A stretch of 64,000 nt of DNA. Source: Diplonema japonicum. Taxonomy: Eukaryota; Protista; Euglenozoa: Diplonemea. Each line of letters starts with the position of its first letter. Positions within the stretch are counted from its first letter, which is position 1. The stretch covers positions 682,001 to 746,000 of the forward strand of contig OZ025658.1 in NCBI GenBank assembly GCA_964019335.1. The letters run 5' to 3'. This document shows, piece after piece, positions 11,372 through 23,005 of the stretch. The translations under genes were made by a program, and so were the position numbers. Below the pieces are notes generated by a model. It saw only the letters and a program-made list of their open reading frames with translations. It had not been told where the DNA came from and made no database searches.

Positions 11372-13058
11372 GGAACCCGTTCTGCTTGAGGGAAGACCCA
11401 GCGTTTTTCTTGACATTAGGGGAAAAAAAAAGAAAGAAAAAAAAGAAGAAGAAAAAAAAGGAAAAAAAAACGTGGTCCAGCTAGGTAGTTGTCATCTGGT
11501 CGTAGCCTTTTCATTTAGCTTTCATTGTCAGGCTTCCTGAGGCTAAGAATTGCTGTGTGTGCTCACCAATTTTAGTCTTACTAGAAAGCCCTCTTTGGGT
11601 ACGATGAACCCCCCCCCTTTTTTTTCTTATCTCTCGACACTCTGCGACAGCATTCCCAAGGTCCCTCCCTTCTAAGAGAGACACAAGGGACCGAAAGAAG
11701 GGGAAAAAGTTTTTTGTATATGGTAGCAGGTGGGGGTGGGGGTGGGCAGAAGAATGGAAAAAGAAAAAAAAGAAGAAGAAGAAAAAAAAATAATGATCAA
11801 AAGTTGCTTTAGTTAGTCAAGTTCTGCTCTTTTTTTTTGTTTTTTTGTTTCCTTTCCCTCCTATTTTTTTTTTTTTTTTGATATTTTCCCCATTTCGCTT
11901 TTTTTTTGATATTTTCTCTCTCCGTCGCCTCCCCCCACTTTTTTTTATATTATGAGGTTATTTTTTTATCACCCTTTTCGTCATTTTTTCTTCACTCGCT
12001 ACAAAGGGCCTTATTATATTGCATGTAATGTGGAATGAAAATCCTCATGTTTTTTTTTTTTTTTTTTTTTTTTGTTCCCTTCAAAGACATATTTTTTTTT
12101 ATAAAGAATTTTTTATAAGAATGAACCATTCATAGTAAGTTAGTACACATCGTGAACTCGGACCCATGCCGTAAAGGGGACAAAAAAAAGAAAAAAAAGG
12201 AAAAAAATAGTTATCGCCCCGAAAAACTGACCCTGGTTGTCGTCAGCTCCAAAGAAGCAGTGAGTGACTCGGGGGTAAAAAAAAAAAGGGAAAAAAAATT
12301 TTTTTTTTTTTTGGTTTATTTGTCACAAGAATTAAAAAAAAAGATGAGTTTCGACCATTTAAAAAAAAAAAAGAAAAATCGAAAAAGGGGGACAAATCCG
12401 TATTTACGGGGGGGAAGGATATTATGAACAAAAGAATACGTAAAAAAAAAAAAGATTTTTTTTTTTATACAATGAATTGAAATTGTCACTTGCATTATCA
12501 ACGAAGAAGAAGAAGAAAAATGAAAAACTGCCAACTCTTTCTTCTTTTCTTTTCCAACATAGGTACTATATTGGGAGGAGAAAAATGAAAGAGCGGGAGA
12601 CCGGCAGGGACTAGTCCTTTCCCCCCCCCTCTTCCCTTCCCCCAAACTTACTGGAAAAAAAATGAAAAAAAGAAACCCCTGTTCGCACACCTTTCCTGTT
12701 GCAAAGAAAGATGACAAAAGAAGAAGAAAAAAACAGAAGAAAAAAAAAAACTCTAACCATGACATTTTTTTTTTTTTTTTTTCCCTCGAAATCTTATTCA
12801 AACCCCATGAAAAAGAAAAAAAAGGGGGGGGGGAGGGGAGGAACAACGAAAAAAAGGAAATACCTAAAACAGAATAGTAGAGGACAACAAAAAAAAAGGA
12901 AAAAAAAAAGGGGGAGAACAAAAAAGATCCCCCTCTCCCTCCCCCCCTTTCATATTTTTTTTTTTTCCTCACAAAAAAAAAAAAAAACACCAAACTTCCG
13001 AACCGTCTTTATCATGTCAAAAGAAAAAAGGGAGGAGGAGGGGGAGTCAAAAAAAAAA

Positions 13059-13847
13059 ATGACGACAAAAAATAACATGAAATTAGTACTAGACTTGGAC
13101 AATTGTATGTACCGACGTTCATCGGGAATTGCACATCAGATGGGAGAAAACATTGAAGCATGGGGTGTCAACGAACTCGGCCTGTCGCCTTCAGATGCTT
13201 CCGAAACTTCCTCATGGGGCTATCACACCCACGGCCTGGCCTTGGCAGGGTACGTCCTGAAGGCAGGAATGGACACCATGCTAGGGTACCTGGACTATAT
13301 ACACTTCAACAAGATGGAACATTCCAAGAAGATTGAAAAGGATGATGTCTTGGTGGATGGAGTCCGAAGGGTAACAAGAACAACCAGCGTGTACATCTTA
13401 ACAAATGGGACGAAGAAACACGCAAAGGCCTGTCTTGGTGCTTTGGGTTTTTCCGAGGCAGATTTCGTCGACAAAGAATTGATCTCGTGCCACGAGCAAT
13501 GGGGTCTCCCTGCCGGTCATGCAGCCCCTCCCCCTGAATGGATCAACAAGCCTTCTCAAGCCGCTTACCGCACTACTGAAAACATTCTTTTCTCCCGTCC
13601 CAGAGACCCGGTGTGTGAAGGTGTCTTGTTCTGCGATGACAGTTACCCGAACCTCAAGGAGCCGCACAACATGGGTTGGGTGACCGTGTGGGTTTGCGAG
13701 AGTCTCGAAATCGAGGATGACAGCGACGCGGCCAAGGGGTACCTATCCTCGCCCCCAGACCGCTCGTATGCCACCTACGTGGTGGGCAACATCCGTAGCA
13801 TTTTTAAAATTCCGGAGGTAGCGAGGATGATGGAGAAAGAGGGGTGA
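13059..13847 (+). CDS. HAD-superfamily pyrimidine 5'-nucleotidase (SDT1/PHM8-like)
   Basis: Motif I LDLDNCMY, motif II ILTNG..HA, motif III KPS..AY, motif IV FCDDS..NL...HNMGWVTVWV. Alternative starts at 13014 and 13077. Confidence 0.88.
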   Translation: MTTKNNMKLVLDLDNCMYRRSSGIAHQMGENIEAWGVNELGLSPSDASETSSWGYHTHGLALAGYVLKAGMDTMLGYLDYIHFNKMEHSKKIEKDDVLVDGVRRVTRTTSVYILTNGTKKHAKACLGALGFSEADFVDKELISCHEQWGLPAGHAAPPPEWINKPSQAAYRTTENILFSRPRDPVCEGVLFCDDSYPNLKEPHNMGWVTVWVCESLEIEDDSDAAKGYLSSPPDRSYATYVVGNIRSIFKIPEVARMMEKEG

Positions 13848-13981
13848 AGACAAAACAAACGACGGGGGGGGGGGGGGGGGGGAAGGTTTAATTGTTGTTA
13901 TTTCCGACCCCGTTTTTTTCTCACTTCGAAAAACCGGCACAATCAAAAAAAAAAAGGAAAGGAAAAAAAAAAAAAAAAAAA

Positions 13982-14641
13982 ATGTCGAACTCCCACTCCC
14001 CAAGCCCTCGCAGAGCAGATGGTTTGAGCCTTTCAGTGCAGGGATTCTCTGATGAGAAAATGAGGTGTCAGGTGGAGAAGAGGTCGACGCCTCGGTGGGA
14101 GGACAGGGTCCAGCCAAGGGTGAACGAGCACCCTTACAGAGACGAGGACAGTCCGAGAGAGCAAAATGTACCAAGGGAGGGCAGCCCGAACTTCTCTTTG
14201 GAGAGCATGAGGTCGGTGAGGAAATACCACAACACCGGTGTGAGATGTAAGGATCTGGGGCCTGTGGTGGTGGAAGAAGAGAGACAGTCTTCCCCTGACG
14301 GTTCCGGTGTGCAGTTGCTCAAAAGCAACCAGCACCTTAGCCACCAGAAGAAATACCAACGTATAGGCCTTCAGTCCTCTCCCCAATGGGTCGCAGGCAT
14401 AGAACCAGAGGTGGTCACTCACCACTACGATGGTTGCCCTGAGGCTCCGAACTATTCTCAAAAAACTTTCGCTAGTTCTAAAAAATACCACCAGACCCCT
14501 CACAAAGCTTCCCCCCGTAGGGAAAGGTCCCCTCAGGTCTCTTACAAGCCTTCGTCAACTGTTTCCAACAAAATGTTCGCTGTGGAGAAGGCGATGTGCC
14601 AGGTTAGTGTGACCAACCATGGGAGGGAAGTACTTTTGTGA
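13982..14641 (+). CDS. Hypothetical Ser/Pro/Arg-rich protein
   Basis: 219-codon homopolymer-free ORF starting right after an A-run. Repeated SPR motifs and KKYH/KKYQ motifs. Confidence 0.7.
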   Translation: MSNSHSPSPRRADGLSLSVQGFSDEKMRCQVEKRSTPRWEDRVQPRVNEHPYRDEDSPREQNVPREGSPNFSLESMRSVRKYHNTGVRCKDLGPVVVEEERQSSPDGSGVQLLKSNQHLSHQKKYQRIGLQSSPQWVAGIEPEVVTHHYDGCPEAPNYSQKTFASSKKYHQTPHKASPRRERSPQVSYKPSSTVSNKMFAVEKAMCQVSVTNHGREVLL

Positions 14642-14951
14642 GAGGGAAAAAAAAAAAAAAAAGAGAGAAAATTTATTTTGTGTAAAAAAAAAAGTTTTCA
14701 TAATGCACCTTCTTCTTTTTATTTATTTTTATTGTACCATGTTGCCGCGTTACCTCCCAACCTCCCCTGGGGGGGGGGGGGGGGGGACAATCTTTACTTG
14801 TATGTTTTTTTTTCTTTTATTTTCTTACCCTTTTACTTTTTTTGTTTTGTTTTTTCCCTCCCCTTGTGTCTTTCTTCTTCCTTTCCTTCCCCCCTTTTTA
14901 TTATCCTCCCATCGTTTGAGCAACAACAGGAAAAAAAAAAAAAAAAAAGAA

Positions 14952-17407
14952 ATGCTGCAGAATAAGGACAGGATCAAAGGCTACGATGCTGTGGGTGTGG
15001 TGCTGACGTGGGCAAAGCAGTGCTTCCCAGAGGTGGAGGACAGTGTTCTAGAAGCCACATTCAGGGAGGCGGGGGACGAGGAAGTGGAGTGGTACCGGCT
15101 GCTGTGCAAAGAAACAGGAAGGGTGATCGAGGGAGAAAAAAAAGAGACGAAAAAGAAACCCCCCGTGGCCCCCGTCCCTATACCAACACCGCCCATGCCC
15201 GAGGACGAACAAAGCAGAAAAATGCAGGAAGAAATCGAATTTTTGAAGTTCCAAAGCGAAATGGAGCAACAATTAGGCAACGAGGCCGCCCGCGACGAAA
15301 GGAAAGCCCTGTCCCAACTAGAACACCTCGCGGAAAGAGACGCTGAGGCATACGGCCACAACATGTTTGGAATAGAAGAACTGGACCTTGTAAGAAACAG
15401 CATAGAAGAGCCTCCTGGATTCGAACTATCAGAAGATATGATAGTAACAGAGGTACTTGCCGACAGCCCAGCACATCACGCCGGGCTTGCAAATTTCATT
15501 GGGTACCGGTTGCTCACTGCTAACGGTCAGCCGTTGGACACAAGGGAGTGTTTGTACCCGTTCTGGGCTATGGAGAGATTCACATTAGGGCTTTTTAACG
15601 ATGAATGCCCGGTGCCCCCGTCGCCGCCCCCGCCCCCACCCCCACCAAAAATGCCCGACGTGCCCATAATCCAGTATACAAACAAACCTTTTGAAGACGG
15701 CAAGGTCCCGCTTTCCTTGATACCAGGCTACGTGTTCGCACGGGGTTTCGGTTCATCGCTACGATTCGCAGAGCAAGTTGTTGAAGGTGTCGCACCACCG
15801 TCGATCGATCAGATCAGAGTTCTACCCGTATCGCAGTATCCTACAGGCGCGGTTCTTGTCAAGATGGGAACGGAAACCGATGCTGAGGTCCTTGCCAAGG
15901 CACTGCACAAATCACAGGTTGGTTCAAATGACGTAGTGCGAGCATTCATGGTCTGGGAGTCCCGAGGAACACCGGATCCCAAGGATATTGTCGAAGAAGT
16001 TGCCGGCCATGTCATCAACATTACAAACGTGGTGAATGCAACGCCGAAGCACCACCCGCAGGTCCGCGAGCTTGAAGCATGGGTACCGCCCACGGACCTT
16101 GAAGGTGTTTCATTGGAAACCGAAACACAACATCAACCCACACAAGAATGGGACCAATTCACCGCTAACGAAGCGTTGGGTGTGAAGCCCACAACCTTCA
16201 CAGACAACTATTACAGTACAAAGCTAGACACGGCGAATTTAACAGAAGAGCAACGGGAGAAAGCGTTGCAGCTTGCGGCGCAGATCGGGGATTCCACCAA
16301 CGATTCCATCCAAATGGGCCTCTCCGAGGAGGACATGCACTCCGCAGTCCTGCGAGCGGACACCAATGTGAAGTACCAACGGACGTCGGAGTACCTTTTA
16401 ATATCAGGGCTGAAGGGAGCGAACATTGGAATGCTCTACGACATGGCGCAGAGCTTCAACGGAGCACAGGAGACAAAGATGCTGGACCAGCAAGGTGCTA
16501 CCACGCAAACTGGCGTTTTGAAGATGACAAGCAAGCTCGATGCTGAAGACTTCTTCCTCTCCGAGATGAACGGTGCTGCCTACGATGACACCGATGACAG
16601 AATTGAACTGAAATATCTTTTCCCACGCCAGTCGGACGACACCACTTCAGAGACGATTGCTGTTCTCGGTGGTGTGCAGCTTACGTTCACCGCACCAAAA
16701 GTCGTGCTTCGAGAATTAAAAGCATGGAGCGGATCCAACGGAGCGAAACCAGGAGAATGCCTGGACGACAACGGAGCCATCGGAGAGTGGGACCAGTTCG
16801 AAGCAAACAGGAAGCTCGGGATGAAGGAGAGCACCTACAATGAAAATCTCTACACCACTGACCTCGCTCCTGTGTCAATCGAAAAACAGCGAGATGCAGA
16901 AAGGCTTGCTACGGAGATAGGTTTATCTACGCAAGATTCTCTTCTCCCTGCTGATGGGGAAGGCGATGGTGATGATGAGGAAGCCCGGCATTCTTCAGTG
17001 AACCCGGGTATTATACCTGTACGCCCGCCTGTGGACACCGCACCGACGGTCACGATGTTCTTCAGGGGGTTCGGGGGGTTGACGAAGAGCGAGCTTGCTC
17101 AGTTGTTCCAGGCGCTGGACGCCACCCCTATCCACTTTGAAATCCTCCCCCAGTACCGCCACCCCCCCGGTGCCGCCATTGCACGGTTCAAAAAAGAGGA
17201 CGCTGTAAAGGCCATGACCCTGGACGGGACGTCCGTGGGCCCCTCCATCCTCATTGCTAAAATTGTATTCCCAACAAAGTATGGAGAGAGAGGGGGAAAT
17301 AATAATAAAAGAAAAAAAAAAAAAAAAAAAAAAAAAACAGAACTGTTGACCCGAACGCGTTTATCGAAGAATTTGAAGGAGAGATGTTGGACTTGACCCA
17401 TGTTTAA
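14952..17407 (+). CDS. Ataxin-2/PBP1-related protein with two LsmAD domains, RRM-like domains and a PDZ-like domain; join(14952..17278,17341..17407)
   Basis: VRELEAW..EWDQFTANEALGV..NYYSTKLD and LRELKAW..EWDQFEANRKLGMKESTYNENLYTTDL (LsmAD). PDZ-like VTEVLADSPAHHAGL..LLTANG. Intron GTATGG..(A)n CAG at 17279..17340 gives a C-terminus KTVDPNAFIEEFEGEMLDLTHV*. Confidence 0.82.
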
Positions 17408-17598
17408 AAAAAAAAACTGGAAGAACGGGGGGGGGGAGAAAAAAGAGTAAGTGTTTTTTTTTTTTGAAATTTTTTTGTAGTGTCCATTTTTGATTTCTTT
17501 TTGTCAAAAAAAAAGAAGGAAAAAAAGAAGAAAAAAACAGGTGGGAGAGGGTGAGGAGGGAGAAGAGGGAGGGAAGGGGGGGGTGAAACAAAGACTAC

Positions 17599-18216
17599 AT
17601 GGCAACCCCTGGTCAAGAATGCATCCGTAGATTAAGCAAGGACTACATCATGGTGAAGAAGAACCCACCGCCATTTGTCACAGCCCACCCCGACCATTCC
17701 AACCTTTTACTGTGGCATTACACCGTTGAAGGCCCCCCAGGAACGCCTTATGAAGGCGGACTGTATCATGGAAAGCTAGAATTCCCAGCGGACTTTCCAT
17801 TTAACCCGCCGAGCGTTTACATGTTTACACCAAACGGGAGGTTCAAGACAGGGCAGAGACTGTGCTTCAGCATGAGCGACTTCCACCCTAAAGAGTGGAA
17901 CCCCATGTGGAGTGTGAGTAGCATCCTTACAGGTCTACTCTCGTTCATGTTGGAAGAACATGAGACATATGGTTCTATAAAATCGACAATAGAAGAGAAA
18001 CGGGCTTTTGCCGTGGCTTCGCATGAGTTTAACGTGCTGAACCCGGTGTGGGCGGATCTCTTTCCCGAGCACGCGTCGGCTTGCAGAAAATCGGAGGAGA
18101 ACAAGAAGAACCTTGTTCCGCAACCCCCGGCTGCGCTCACAAACGGCGGCCCCGCACCCACATCTTCTAGCGATTTCTTGAATATGTTGGTTGTGATGGT
18201 GTTGTGCGTGGTGACG

Positions 18217-18257
<41 letters not shown>

Positions 18258-18296
18258 AAATTAACTCGGCAGGGGTACGTATTGTTGAAGATTTGA
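17599..18296 (+). CDS. UBC6: ER tail-anchored ubiquitin-conjugating enzyme E2 (UBC6/UBE2J2 type); join(17599..18216,18273..18296)
   Basis: WHYTVEGPPGTPYEGGLYHGKLEFP, TPNGRF, RLCFSMSDFHPKEWNPMWSVSSILTGLLSFM. Splicing GTATGA..GCAG at 18217..18272 completes the tail anchor (LVVMVLCVVTGYVLLKI*). Confidence 0.92.
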
Positions 18297-18668
18297 AGGA
18301 AGAAAAAAAAAAATGAGGGGGAAAAAAAAACTTGCGATTTTTTCCAGATAAGGCGCCTTGTCCCCTCTTTTTTTTTTTTAAAAAGAAGTTTGTGCCAGTT
18401 ATGGTATGAATATAGGGAGGGAGAGAGAGAGAGAGCAAAAGAAGAGAGGGAAAAAAAAAAAGAAAACAAAAAAAGGAGGGGGGGAGGGAGAGGCCGTTTT
18501 TATTTATTTATTTTTATTATTCTCTCCTGAACAAGAATCTTTTTTTTTTTCCCATGCAGACCCCAATTGCAACAAACAAAAGCAAAAAAAAGGAGGGGGA
18601 GAGGGGGGGGAGGAGAGGAGGAGGGGGAAAGAGAGAGAGAGGAGACGGTTGGGGGAAGGAAAAAAAAA

Positions 18669-19210
18669 ATGTCTATAACAGTGGACGACCTTCCAATTAC
18701 ACCGAAGAGCAATGGCGAGGGGGAAAAAAAAGTGAAGTCTTCTGCAGCCCTCATCCCCTGCAGATTCTATGCATCTGAAGGAAACTGCGCAAACGGTGAC
18801 GCTTGTCGCTTTAAACACGGAAACGAAAGAGAAGTGTGGACGGAGCGACCAGTAGTAGATGTAAGTGGCGGCCTCATCATGGCAACTGAATCCAAGCTCC
18901 AGGACTCAGAACCAAGCACCGAAGTGCCAAGTGAAGGCCCCGAAGCTGCTCCGGCGTGCATATCCATTTCCACAGTAGGAGCAAGTAAAGGTGCCTTGCC
19001 CTCGTTCGCTGCCGAGTTCAAGGGTGAGGCGGACGAGGAAAAAAGAAGTCATCTTAAAATACAAACGTCGAACCTCGCTGACAGAGGGAGCGGAGAAGTT
19101 GGTCAGCATTCTTCAATAAGGCAGCCCCCTCCTACTGGGCACGTGGACCGTGTGCCCACTTCGTGCCCGTCCCCTTTGAAAAGAGGTATGGAAAGGTAGG
19201 GGGAAAAAAA

Positions 19211-19244
<34 letters not shown>

Positions 19245-19300
19245 ATACGTATGAGACTTGTTATGCCTCGTTACAGCAGGTCATTTCTAATTATAAATAG
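18669..19300 (+). CDS. CCCH zinc-finger protein; join(18669..19185,19245..19300)
   Basis: PCRFYASEGNCANGDACRFKHG (C-x8-C-x5-C-x3-H). Intron GTATGG..(A)n AG at 19186..19244 gives DTYETCYASLQQVISNYK*. The unspliced stop is at 19199. Confidence 0.78.
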
Positions 19301-19350
19301 TGAGGGCTTTTTTTCACAGGGCGCCGCCAACACCGGTCTCCTTTAACTCA

Positions 19351-19400
<50 letters not shown>

Positions 19401-20449
19401 GTGTGTGCGCGTGTTTATGTGTGTGGTGTGTTTCCCCTTCCTCCCATAACCCCCTTTTTTTTTGATTTCTAAGTGGGTTTTTTTTTTTTTTGATTTCTTG
19501 GGGAACGGGGATAATATTTTAAGCATTGAGAAAAAGCATAGCCTCCCCCCCCTTTTTTTTTCTTTTTTCTGTTCACCCTGGTAATGTTTCCACTTCCCAT
19601 TCTCCTTCCTTACCCCTCTTGCCCCTTTGAGGTAGGTCTCTCCCTCCCCGTTGGTTGACAAAATAGGGAAAGAAAAAAAAATAAGGGGGATGATCGGTTG
19701 CAATATCTTTCCCCGGAAAACGATCCATTTCCCGCTCTCCGTTCTTTTGTTTCAGAACCCCCCTGCTGGAGCCTCTCGAGGCTTTAAAGAGAAAAGGGGA
19801 GAAGAAAAAAGAAATAGGTGAATATTAGTTTTAGGGGGGAAAAAAAAGTCAAAAAAAAAAAACATATATTTATAGCTCCGCACCCGCAGAGGCAAACCAT
19901 AGATTTAATTTTTTGTTTTGCTTTTTGTTTTATTTTAACAATTCAGTATTGTCGATGAAGAACTAGTTGATGGCAGCGTAATGAGCTATTTTATTAGGTA
20001 AAACTCCGCTCGTGCGCACAAACAAATGAAGCGTCAAACTAGTTTTTTTTTTTTTTTTGTTTTTTTTGGGGCTATGTCCTTCCCCCATTCCTTTTGTTCC
20101 AACCCCCCCCCCCCCCCCCCCCCTCCCCCCTAAAACAAGCTACAAAGTTTTTTTTTGCCGAGAAAAAAAAAAAGGGGGACCCCCACCGATTCTTTTTTTT
20201 TTTTGCCTTTTAAAAAAAACCCCCCAAAAAACGTAATTGGGCTGTGTGATTTTTTGTCCCCTTCTTTTTTTCTATTTTATTTTGTTTTTGATCTGGCACA
20301 CGTGGGAGCTAGGGGAAGGGTACCGAAGAAGGTACACTCTGCGATCCATCGGGTGGAAAAACGAGAAAGATGCTGTGTCGATCCTTGAGGCAAACGCCCA
20401 GTCCTCAAGCTTTTCCAAAAAAAAAAAAAGAAAAAATATCCGAATAGAA

Positions 20450-20486
<37 letters not shown>

Positions 20487-20490
20487 AAAA

Positions 20491-20670
20491 ATGGGTTCTT
20501 GTTGTAGCTCAGAAAGCAGCCCGCCTGCAAAGAGAAAAGATGAACCTGCAAAATATAGAGAAGGAGGGGAAGGAAAGGAGGGACAACCCAAGACGCGACA
20601 GATGTCATATGAGGGCAGCTTCGACTGGCGCACGGAAGACGTCAAGGTGAAAGAGAAAAAAGAGGAGTGA
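20491..20670 (+). CDS. 59-aa microprotein with an N-terminal dual-acylation motif (MGSCCS)
   Basis: MGSCCSSESSPPAKRKDEPAKYREGGEGKEGQPKTRQMSYEGSFDWRTEDVKVKEKKEE*. ATG follows an A-run like neighbouring genes. Below the ORF track length cut-off. Confidence 0.7.
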   Translation: MGSCCSSESSPPAKRKDEPAKYREGGEGKEGQPKTRQMSYEGSFDWRTEDVKVKEKKEE

Positions 20671-20740
20671 AAAAAAATTTTTTTTTCTTTTTTTTTTTTT
20701 CTTCAAAATCAAAAACCTTGTAGGGCAAAAAAAAAAAAAA

Positions 20741-21474
20741 ATGTTCCATAGAATTTCGCGAACAGGCATCCGGGCTACTCGGTGCATGACCACCCAAGCC
20801 AACACCACACTAGACGCCTTCATTGTGCACGCTGCCGGGCCGCAGATGCAAGGTGGTATGATGGAAAGCATCACCGGTACTGTGTCTAAGCATGGTGGCG
20901 ACATCCTTTCCAGTAGGGCCACTCTACTGGGCAGGGATTTTTCCATGATGCTTGTTGTGAAAGTGCCCAAGGATTCAACGTCCGACTTGGAAAAGGCACT
21001 TTCAGACCTTGAGAAGGTCAAGACCTGCATCCACCCTGCGACTGCACCTGACGTTCAATACACCCTTCCCCATAAACATAGTGTTAAGGTGCTGAGGCTG
21101 ACTGGTATGTCAAGGGAAAAAAAAAAAAAAAACCCTCACAAAAAAAGGACACGATGCCACCGGTATCGTAGCCTCGATCACAGAGTACTTTGCGAAGAAG
21201 AATGTTAGGGTGCTGAATCTCGCAAGTGAGATGGGTATGTAGAGGGGGGAGAGGAATTTGTAATAAAAAAACAGCTGCTGCCCCGTTCACTGATGACCCG
21301 ATGTTTAAGTTGAGGCTGGTTTTGGACCTGCCTGCTGAGGTTTGTGGAATTAGTGGGAGGGAAAAAAAAAAAAAAAAAAAAAAAAAAAAGATGACGGAGG
21401 ACGAAATAGAAGAAGGCATCGATGCTGTTGCAAAAGTTTTGAATGTCGACCTTTGGCTGGAGTCGATGAGTTAG
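20741..21474 (+). CDS. Tandem ACT-domain protein, GcvR-like, with a probable mitochondrial presequence; join(20741..21104,21148..21234,21275..21339,21391..21474)
   Basis: ACT1: VHAAGP..GDILSSRATLLGRDFSMMLVV. After removing three GT-AG introns (43, 40, 51 nt), ACT2 reads LTGHDATGIVASITEYFAKKNVRVLNLASEMAAAPFTDDPMFKLRLVLDLP. Spliced length 600 nt = 199 aa. Confidence 0.85.
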
Positions 21475-22335
21475 AGATTTCTTTTTTTTTAAAAAAAAGC
21501 GACATTTTACACTTGATCCATGATCTTGTTTCTTTCTTTCTTTTGTTTGTTTTTTTTTCTTCTTTTTTTTTGTGGGTCGTCTCTAACCATTTCGTCCGTT
21601 TTCCTTGCAAGGTTGAAGAGGGGAAGGTTATGAAAGAAAAGAAGGAAAAAGAAAGAAAAAAAAGAAAACAGGGGGGGGGGGGGGGGGAGAAAGTGCGAGC
21701 TAGTGTGTAAAGCATGTAAATTCAATAACCTTCTCTTCTCATTTTTCGTTCTCGTTTTTTTTTTTTTTTTTTTTTTTTTCTTTTCTTTTTTAAAACTTTT
21801 TTTTTGTTTTACATTGTCTCTTTCCAAGGGGAAAAAATAAAAAATTAATCGAAAGAAAAAAAAAAAAACCTTACTGTGCCAAAAAAAAAAAAAAAAAAAA
21901 AAAAGAAGAGTTTTATTGCAATAAAGAAACAATTAAGGAGGGGGTGACATTTTTTTATTATTTTTGACTTTTTTCTATTCCCACAAGGGCTTCTGCTGCG
22001 AGCCCGGAAAGTCTGTATTGTTCATCCTTGTGTGGACAAAAAAAAAAAAGGTGGTAAAAAAAAGAGTAAACTTTGCAGTATTCATGATTTGCACCGTGTG
22101 CACAAGACAAATGCGGACCGACTCTTTTCTTCTTCTTTTTTTTTTTTTTGGACCCTGTGCGGAAGCTCTGTCCCCCCATCTCCTCCCCCCCCAAGAGAGG
22201 AGAATCTTTTTGTTTTAAGCAAACAAGGGTGAGAGTGAGGGGGAGAGAAACGTTTATATATATATATTTTTTTTTATTTTTTAAATATTTTGCCAAAAAA
22301 AAAAAAAAATAGGAGAGTGGAAATATAAAAAAAAA

Positions 22336-22812
22336 ATGAACCAAAGCAAAAGTTCCCGAAACTTGCAGCAGTGTGTGGTAGTGTCACGAATGCTGGAGTT
22401 GGCCTGCGAGAAGGCTGCAAAGAGGTCCCGGGAAAGAGAGCAAACCACAACTGTTTTCGATGCAAAAGGGGTTGTCCCTATTTCGATGGCTGAATACCTG
22501 TCACGGTGGCTGAAGCACACCAAGTGCAGTGGCTCCGTTCTTGCAGCTGCTATGGTTCTCCTTGACAGGGTTTTGGCCAAGGCAGGGCTCACCCTGACCA
22601 CCCGCAACATGCACAGGCTCTTTTTCTCGTCCTTGGTAATTACTCACAAAATGTGTTTTGACACCACCCACTCCAACACCTTCTATAGCAAAATCGGTGG
22701 TGTAGGCATAGAAGAGGTCTCGCGGCTGGAGAGGGAATTCCTTAGGCTGTTGGATTGGCAGTGTTTTGTGGCTCCTGAAGAATATGCTGAGTACGAAGCG
22801 TTCCTTGCGTGA
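22336..22812 (+). CDS. PHO80-like (P/U-type) cyclin
   Basis: FDAKGVVPISMAEYLSRWLKHTKCS, LTTRNMHRLFFSSLVITHK, SNTFYSKIGGV..EVSRLEREFLRLLDW. Confidence 0.9.
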   Translation: MNQSKSSRNLQQCVVVSRMLELACEKAAKRSREREQTTTVFDAKGVVPISMAEYLSRWLKHTKCSGSVLAAAMVLLDRVLAKAGLTLTTRNMHRLFFSSLVITHKMCFDTTHSNTFYSKIGGVGIEEVSRLEREFLRLLDWQCFVAPEEYAEYEAFLA

Positions 22813-22865
22813 AACAAAAAAAAAAAAAAAAAAAGAAAAGAAAAAAAAAGGGGGTGTTTGTATGT

Positions 22866-22910
<45 letters not shown>

Positions 22911-22969
22911 AAAAAAATAAATTGCGTTGTAGTAAACCGTCGGGAGAGTGGGTTACTGCCCCTTTTCCT

Positions 22970-23005
<36 letters not shown>

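Noticed and set aside
20290-20415. Complex island with a CTTGAGG/CCTCAAG hairpin, possible snoRNA or exon
   Set aside because: No convincing C/D or H/ACA boxes and no splice path to a gene.
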